Position numbers and translations under genes: made by a program. Below the pieces are notes generated by a model. It had not been told where the DNA came from. It ran no database searches and worked only from the letters and a program-made list of their open reading frames with translations. DNA of 63,279 nt, filler included, from Stramenopiles sp. TOSAG23-6 (lineage: Eukaryota): the NCBI GenBank assembly GCA_900128565.1. It is 3 parts of 3 records of this genome, joined end to end, with 100 filler letters (N's around TTAATTAATTAA, not from the genome) between each part and the next. Parts side by side here need not be neighbours in the genome. Positions count along the whole stretch, not along the records: positions 42,387 to 63,279 come from LT636033.1; 2 more parts are not named here. The stretch is one strand, 5' to 3'. Positions 55,547-63,279 of the stretch are shown in pieces. Position 1 is the stretch's first letter. The number at the start of each line of letters is the position of its first letter.

Positions 55547-58103
55547 GCATCCTGACGTTCCACGCTGCCAATGATCAGCGGATGGCGCCTGAAGGCTTTG
55601 TTTTAGGCCTTGTTTTAAATAACCTGTGTGATTATATTGAGTTTGTTCATTCCCCTCTGGAAATATTTTTTTCATAATATGTTTTACCGTATTTTCCAAA
55701 TGTTTATATTTTTCTAAATAAACGCCAATGCTTGGTTTAGTTGGTTTTGTTTTAGTGTCATTTTTTTCTTCTGTTTGCTTGACTTGATCTATTTTTTTGT
55801 CCTGTTTTGTTTGTACTTCAGTTTGACACTCGTCGGTTGCAACTGTATTGATATCATTTTCAACATTTGTTGCAACTGTATTGATATCATTTTCAACATT
55901 TTTGTCATCTTCTTCATCACTATCGGAGGCACCATCATCAATTTCATCCATCCAATCAATGACATCAGTAACTGCATCGCTCACAGTATCAATTTCATCA
56001 TCATTGAGTAAGCAAGTACCGTTTGAATTAAATCCGTCATTATTATCAATTTCTCGAATAGCGTGTATTAATTTGTAAGCGAATTCTCTAAGATTATTCT
56101 TAGCATCCACAGTCGCTTTCACAGCAGCATCAGCAGCACGAAAGTTTTCGGCATCTTTAATCATCCGTGTAATTTCATCTGAAGTTAAATGATTTTTGTC
56201 ATTTTTTATTGTTATGGTTTTTTCTTGTCCAGAAGACGTTTCTACAGCACAAACTTCAAGAATACCATTACTATTCACATCAAAGGTGACTTCAATTTGA
56301 GGTACACCTCTTAACATGTATTTTGGAAAAATATTTCAAAAAAAAATCGTTAGGTACAAAATTTCGTATGAAAAAAAATTAGACAAAAAAATGAGATGAA
56401 AACGTACATAGGTGGGATATTTTCTAGTGTAAAGTGGGCAAGTTTGTTATTATCCTTTGTCATTTCTCTCTCCCCTTCAAACACCAAAACATCAACACCA
56501 CTTTGGTAATCTTCGTTTGTAGAAAATGTTTGCGAAACTCGTGCAGGAAGAGTCGTATTTCGAAGAATAATTTTGGTCATAACACCACCAGCCGTTTGAA
56601 CACCGACGGATAAAGGAGCCACATCTAATAGTAAAAGTTTCTCTGTTTTGGAAGAGGTAACACCATCGAGTATAGCAGCTTGAACAGCAGCTCCATATGC
56701 AACAGCTTCATCTTGATTAATCGACTGATTCAGTTTCTTACCATTGAAATAATCTTGAAGAAGATTCTGCACCATTGGAATCCGAGATGAACCACCTACA
56801 AGTACCACTTCATGTAATTTCGGACAATATTAAAAAAAAACGATTTTTTCGTTAGGTACAAAATTTTCTACCAAAAAAAAATTGTACACATTGTAGGCAT
56901 TGGAATAATGAAAACGTACATGGACATCACGGACATTCATTTTTGCATCTTTTAAAACGCGCTTTACAGGAAACATTACTGTTTTAAAAATTGGTGTCAA
57001 TAATTGTTCTAACTTAGCACGCGAAAATGTAGCTGTAAAGTCAATGCCATCATAGAGAGAGTCCACTTCTAGGAATACTTGTGTGGTAGATGTATTGTGA
57101 AAAAATAAAATAAAAAAAAATAATTGTTAGCTACAAAATTTTCATAGTGGAAAATTTAAAGTAAAAAAAAGAATGATTAAAACATACACGATAAAGACCG
57201 TTTAGCTCGTTCACATACTGTACGTAGGCGTCTTACTGCTCTTTCAGAGTTTGCGGGATTTTTTCCTTTGTTTTTTTGTCGAAATTCTTTTAGAAAATGT
57301 TCCACAATGATATTATCAAAATCTTCTCCTCCTAAATGAGTATTACCAGCGGTAGCAAGAACTTCAAAAATCCCACCCTCTATTGCAAGAAGAGACACAT
57401 CAAAGGTGCCTCCACCCAAATCGAATATGAGAATGCGGCGAACTCCAGATTCGGTTTGTTTATCCAAACCATAGGCTATAGCAGCAGCAGTTGGCTCATT
57501 AATAATTCGTAAAACTTGAAGTCCAGCAATACTGCCAGCATCTTTCGTTGATTGACGTTGAGCATCATTGAAATACGCTGGAACAGTAATTACTGCACTA
57601 GAGACTGATTCACCCAAATAGTCTTCAGCAATTGTTTTCATCTTTGATAACACCATTGAAGATATTTCCTCAGCAGAAAAATGTCTCTCTTCACCTCGCC
57701 ATTCAACTAGAATCATCGGTTTATCACCTGCTCCGCTAAATACTTTAAATGGCCAGTGTGTTAAATCATTCTGTACCACGGGATCTGTAAAAGTTCGCCC
57801 GATTAGACGCTTTGCGTCAAAAATAGTATTTGTGGGATTCAAAGCAACTTGACTTTTTGCAGCGTCTCCAATTAGTCGCTCCGTATCATTGAAAGCTACA
57901 TATGATGGAGTCGTCCGATGTCCTTGATCGTTTGAAATAATTTCCACCTGATCATTCTGCCAAACACCAACACAAGAATATGTCGTCCCAAGGTCTATAC
58001 CAATGCAACGACCTTTCTTCATCGGTGTATCACAACTTTCTGTGGGAACATTTTCAGTTTCAGTAGACAAAGGCACAGACATAGCAGAAATTGTACTCGT
58101 CAT
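55523..58103 (-). CDS. HSP70: cytosolic-type Hsp70 with divergent C-terminus; introns 57187-57090, 56919-56812, 56407-56316
   Basis: [51 protein letters not shown]; ends IVEDIDD. Confidence 0.95.
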
Positions 58104-58483
58104 TTTAGTTTTCAGCAACCAATTCCTAAAGTAGATACTACAGAAATAACCTACAAGCAATTTAATCAGTACTTCCCCGTGACCTGCACGCGATTGTTAT
58201 CTTATTTATATTATTTACACACACACGCTGACGTTGGTGCTTGTTTTGCTACAAAATCAATGCCGCCCGGGATGAAAATCGGAACGCAAATCGATCGATC
58301 GATCGAGATGATGTGTGTGAAAACAACAATTTGCAACCTGGCTGACTGACCGATCGATGATCGCTAGTCCTTACTATAATAGTTATATATCGCGCAACAT
58401 TTGGGATTTTCACTTCTTCAAAATGCGAATTCTTCATCAAAGTATAAAGGGCTAATATTCTTACATTTTGTGGCTGTATCTCA

Positions 58484-59401
58484 ATGTCTTCTACATTGAA
58501 TAGTTCTGATACAATTTTAACGTCTGATTTTATTTCATGTGAAGAGTCGGGGTTTTCATCTTTTGAAGAAAATGGGTTTGTTGAATTTCAATCTTTTCTG
58601 CGACGTGAAACAGTAGAACAACTAAGAGAATTTGTAAATAGTATATATAAAGTAAAGCATCCAGATATTGATGGAGAGTGGGTTCTGAATCTTCATCAAC
58701 AATTGCCGCCTGAAAAGAACTGGATTTGGAAAATAGCAACTTCTCCTGCACTAGTACAGCATTTAACGAGGCACCTGGGAGAAAATTATTTGTTGTATGC
58801 AAGTCAAATTCATTGGAAGATTCCAAAAAGTCAAACTCAAAACTCATATATACCATGGCATCAAGATGGAAATAGTAATGTTCGAACTGTGTGGATTCCA
58901 CTTGATGATATAGATTCAGAAAACGGTGGTCTCCAAGTTTTGCCACGTTTTCACCACTTGGGAAAATTACCTCTAAAACGCTTACAACACAACGTAAGTG
59001 CCTCTGATTTATCGAATGCTATCCAATTGGCAGCACATAATGTATTTGAAGTACAGTTGCCTGCTTTACTTGATAATAGTGATCTCAATTGTATAACTGA
59101 TAAATTTGGAAGATATTCGAATTTCCATCAATATAAGTTAAATGCTGGTGGCATGGCTTTGCACCACCCTCTCACTCCACATTCTTCTTTACAAAATAAG
59201 TCTGCAAATAAAGAACGTCGTGTGATTATCCTAAGATTTATGAGATGTGATGAACCTATTGTAGAAGGGGTATTACCATCATTTATGAATGGTCCTTCTT
59301 TTGTATTTCGTAAAAAAACGTTTATAATAACGAAAAATGCACACGTGGCACCTTACCCAATACCTACAGAAGAAACAAGAAGAAGTTCATTTTGTACATA
59401 G
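58484..59401 (+). CDS. phytanoyl-CoA dioxygenase (PhyH) family 2OG-Fe(II) oxygenase
   Basis: IPWHQD, VWIPLDD...ENGGLQVLP, HSS..N...RR. Confidence 0.85.
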   Translation: MSSTLNSSDTILTSDFISCEESGFSSFEENGFVEFQSFLRRETVEQLREFVNSIYKVKHPDIDGEWVLNLHQQLPPEKNWIWKIATSPALVQHLTRHLGENYLLYASQIHWKIPKSQTQNSYIPWHQDGNSNVRTVWIPLDDIDSENGGLQVLPRFHHLGKLPLKRLQHNVSASDLSNAIQLAAHNVFEVQLPALLDNSDLNCITDKFGRYSNFHQYKLNAGGMALHHPLTPHSSLQNKSANKERRVIILRFMRCDEPIVEGVLPSFMNGPSFVFRKKTFIITKNAHVAPYPIPTEETRRSSFCT

Positions 59402-59489
59402 CATCTATCAAAATAAATAAATGATTGACTCATCACTTTTTTCGCTGATTTTATTTTATAAATGTTATGAATAATACGCAACTTTCAAT

Positions 59490-60266
59490 CTATTGTTTTC
59501 CTTTTTGTTTTTTATGTATTCTAGACATAGCTTTCAACATTTTTTTCTTTTTTTCTGCATCAAGTGTTTTCATAAATGCTTCATACGCTTTCTGCTTCTT
59601 TTTTTCATCCTTCTTTCTTTGTTGTTCTTTCACATACTGTGCATGTTTCTCTTCACCTACTTTACGTCGTCTTTCACGCTCTGCATGTAGCTGTTTTAAA
59701 GCTTCAATTTGCTCTTTCTTTTCCTTCAAATTTGTAAAATGCACGATAGTGGCTGCTTGCTTGAAAATAGTTGCTGACCAATTTGGCTTTAGTTCGTCCG
59801 CTAAACGTCTTACTTCTTCAAATTCGGCATCCATTTGATCTTTAGCACGCTCGACGCGACTCCATGTGGCTGTTGTAATCAAATGTTGCTTGAAGAGACT
59901 TTCTTGGTCTTTTATAACTCGACTCAGTGTTTGAAACTTAGGAACGTCCGCAATTGCTCTTTTCAAAAGAGAGGCAAGAAATTCCTTTTCATCCGTTTCA
60001 TCACTATTGTAATATAATTCATCAAATTCAGCAGCCTCCGGAGGAAGAATAAAGTCTAACTCATTCTCATTATCTGATGCAATCTCCCAGAGAGGTTTTT
60101 CTTTTTTCCCACATGCATCGCTAAGCCAGTGGCGCCCTTTCTGAACCCAAGTATACTTAAGAAGCCACGATATCCATATAGCAAAAAGAAACATCATGGA
60201 GCAATGTGCGATATCCATTGAATCCATATCTTTACCAAATAATGAGTTCATCGTAGTATGCAACAT
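59490..60266 (-). CDS. Sec66/Sec71-like translocon accessory protein
   Basis: N-terminal TM helix; LLKRAIADV...EFEEVRRLADELKPNWSATIFKQA. Confidence 0.65.
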   Translation of the reverse strand: MLHTTMNSLFGKDMDSMDIAHCSMMFLFAIWISWLLKYTWVQKGRHWLSDACGKKEKPLWEIASDNENELDFILPPEAAEFDELYYNSDETDEKEFLASLLKRAIADVPKFQTLSRVIKDQESLFKQHLITTATWSRVERAKDQMDAEFEEVRRLADELKPNWSATIFKQAATIVHFTNLKEKKEQIEALKQLHAERERRRKVGEEKHAQYVKEQQRKKDEKKKQKAYEAFMKTLDAEKKKKMLKAMSRIHKKQKGKQ

Positions 60267-60694
60267 TACAAGAGGTTAAAATTTAATAATAGACTAATAA
60301 ATAAATGAATGCGCCGCAGCAGACGACGTCTCGAGGTAGATCTCGATCGATCGCGAATTCGCGATCTTCGAGTTCGCAAAATTTAAAAATAGCTTAGGGT
60401 TGGGGTTTATGTTGGTTGATGGCCAGTCAAAACGCAGTCAAATGCGTCACTTAAATTTTTTTATTAGATTAAACGATAATTTTCCAGTAATATATTTTTA
60501 TCGAAGAGAGAAAGAGAGAGAGCCGTGTTTAAACTTTAATGTGTTGTTTCTTGAAGTTCTCAAGTTTTTATTAAAAACTTATCAAATTTTCTTTCATCAT
60601 TCTCAGGACTGCTTTAGAATCATATACGATTTAGAGGTAGCATTGTCCTACGAGTTAGTCTTGGAAAGGAACAAAGTTGCTTTGTTGATCATAA

Positions 60695-63097
60695 ATGCGA
60701 CCTCGGCTTCAACGTGTCGTAAAACCTGAAGGTGGACTGGGTATGGGTCTGGGTGCGGCGCCCACTGTGTCATCCTCAACAAATCCACAAGGAAATGCTC
60801 GCGTGCTATCACGTAGACAAGTGGAATTTGATCCATTGTCAGTGAATGCTCCGCCATCTCCACCATCCCCTGCTAATCCACCAGCACATCCACCAGCACC
60901 TCCAATTTCAGTATCACCAAGTAATTTAAATCGTCCAGTGCCAATCCCTCAGGAACAAACGAGTCAACCAGTCAACACTCACGTATCGGCATCATCACTA
61001 TTTGCTCGCACAAAACACCCGACACACTCTCAAAATCGAAATATTACTCAAAAACCAACACCAAATAGTTTGTCGAATACTTCGGCACCGGTGAGTATAC
61101 CAGGGGTTACAAAATCAACGTCGCATCATAGTCCCCCAACACAAAAGACAACCATAAGTGGAACCATGCAAACGACTAACAGTGCACCTCCTAGGCTAAC
61201 ACAGCAAAATATTCAACAAAATAACCAAAATATTCAACAGAGTCAACAAAATAACCAAAATATTCAACAGAGTCAACTAAATAACAAACCAGTGCTTTCC
61301 ACTTCCTTACCAGTAACAAAGCCTCAAGAACAACCGGCAGTCTTAGCGAGGGAATTTCTTGAACACGCTCGACCATCTCCAAAGTCACTTGGAGACTCAA
61401 TTGAAGCTCTAAGAGAACATGCTCGTGAAGGCCGTTCTGAAATTTCCTTGAATTTATCTGAGAAATTATTGCTCGATTTACAAAATAAAGGTACTAGAGG
61501 TGCTGCTGCTTTACAAAGATGGTGTGAATTAAAGGTATACCAAACTCGTGCTTTAGCTCGCCTAGGGCGTCCGAACGCAGCAGAACAAGTACGTTTTTAT
61601 CATTAATTTCGATTTCATTTTTTTTTAAACGAAATTTTGTACCTAACAAAACAAATCAAATTTTTAAAATATTTTTTTTCAATACATGTACTCACTGCAA
61701 CTGAAGACAGTTATATTAAAGATATTGAAAAGTTTGAATTGGATGAAGCGACAGCTGTTCCCTCAGGAACAATGTCGATGCCAAGTTTTCGTCAAGATTT
61801 AGTACATTTTCATCATGATTTCATAAAAAACAAATTTTAGTAATAAAAACTTTATACCTGACGATTTTTTTACTAAAAACAATATTGTTCACAATACATA
61901 CAACAGAAAAAATACTTGGGATTAGTGGGAAAGGTCTTCAATTACCATTTACATTATGGGTAATTCATGCAGAATTGCCACACACATTAGGTGATACAGA
62001 GAAGACAAGAAGTCGCCTAGTCGCTTTATCGGTACGAATTCAGCAGGAATGTGACATTGCCCCCCCTTCGAATCTTACAGTCAACAAAGAAATACCGTAT
62101 AGTGCTAGATCTATAGTTCAAATGGATCGGATATCTAGATGGCGGGCGAAAGTTGAGGTACTTGGTTTACAATGTAGTTATGCTGTCCTTGCTGGAGATT
62201 TCTCATTTGCTTTGGATTGCTGTGCAGAGATGGAATGTATGTACGTTTTCATTTGAATTTCAAATTTATTTTTCGTAGATAATTCTATAATTATTAAAAC
62301 AAAATCAAGGTTTTGAACNTTTTTTACAATACATGGCCAATGATATTCTAAGTGAAACAAATATCGATGAAATAACCGGACCAGAGTTAAAAAAAAATTC
62401 TGAAACTCTAAGAATTCATTCAATGTGTAAAGCGTCACGAGTTCTACAGATGATGGGTAATTTGGAAGGTGCAAGAACTGTGCATAATCGACTTGAAAGA
62501 TCTCTACCTACTGAAATGAAAGATACTGTAGATTTGCTTTTTGAACGTGCAAATTTGTCATTTGCTGAAGGGTATTATTCGAAAGCGATGGATTTATTTC
62601 AAAAAGTTTGCAAAATGAATCCAGTATCTGTGATAGATGAAGGGCCTGGTGATTTTCCAACACTGGGTAAAGAAAACTCTATTATATGCAACAGTAGTGT
62701 TTTCCCGAGTTCGATCATTGTAGCTTCGAAAAATCTTGCTGCTGCTTCTTTGCATTGCTGTCAAATTGAACGAGCTGTGAAATGTTTGGAAGATCTCGTT
62801 AAAGGAGATCCAAGAAATAGGCTCCATCCAGCAGTAATTTTCAATTTGTGTACACTGTACGATCTTGCTTATGATACAGAGAGCAGTCGAGTACGCAAAC
62901 GAGCATTGCAATTAGTTGCCAGAGAAATGTACGTTTTCACCATAAATTTCATAAGTTTTTTCCTTAAAAAAAATCTGTGCCTAACGAATTTCAAATTTTG
63001 AACATATTTCTCAAAATATATGGGTATACAGGCAATGAAACTTCCAAGACCAGGGTTTTCTCTCACACCCGCTCAACTTCAACGTCTTGGTTGGTGA
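60695..63097 (+). CDS. TRAPPC12: TRAPP complex subunit 12 (TTC15)-like; introns 61589-61687, 61802-61899, 62241-62334, 62929-63021
   Basis: LPFTLWVIHAELP, TPR helices, IFNLCTLYDL; exons join in frame to TGA 63095-63097. Confidence 0.8.
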
Positions 63098-63279
63098 AAT
63101 TTGCGTTACAAATTAATGAATAAATGAAATCAAAAAAAAATTGTTATAGTTGCTATAATTTTATGTTTTAAATGTGAAAGTTTAATATGAAATTTGCTAC
63201 TGCAATTCACCGTTTTGTTGGAATAACATTAGTTATCATTTTGTCGACACCCTGCCCGATTTTTTTGCTTGCAACTTCG

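Overview
AT-rich, gene-dense eukaryotic DNA made of three contigs joined by N-padded TTAATTAATTAA linkers (21173-21272, 42287-42386). The partial 18S rRNA suggests a stramenopile (inference). About 25 protein genes are supported, including RECQL4-like, MCM5, EDC4, VPS53, HSP70, BBOF1, TRAPPC12, Sec66-like, a TRANK1-like helicase and a lycopene cyclase-desaturase fusion. The main signal is the introns. All 39 complete introns I could place by hand (plus 3 truncated) belong to one ~87-175 nt family: GTAYGTTTT...CGTANNAAATTTTGTACCTAAC...GAAATATTTTTCMMAATACAT. Restoring conserved protein motifs requires non-AG 3' ends: 35 end in AT, 2 in GT and 2 in AG. One starts with GC and one with AT. This looks like an introner-like family of GT-AT introns and implies an altered 3' splice-site rule. 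An intergenic locus at 53539-53775 carries tandem copies of the intron core motif next to TTAGGG repeats. Gene names come from motifs recognised by eye; no searches were run and there is no transcript evidence.
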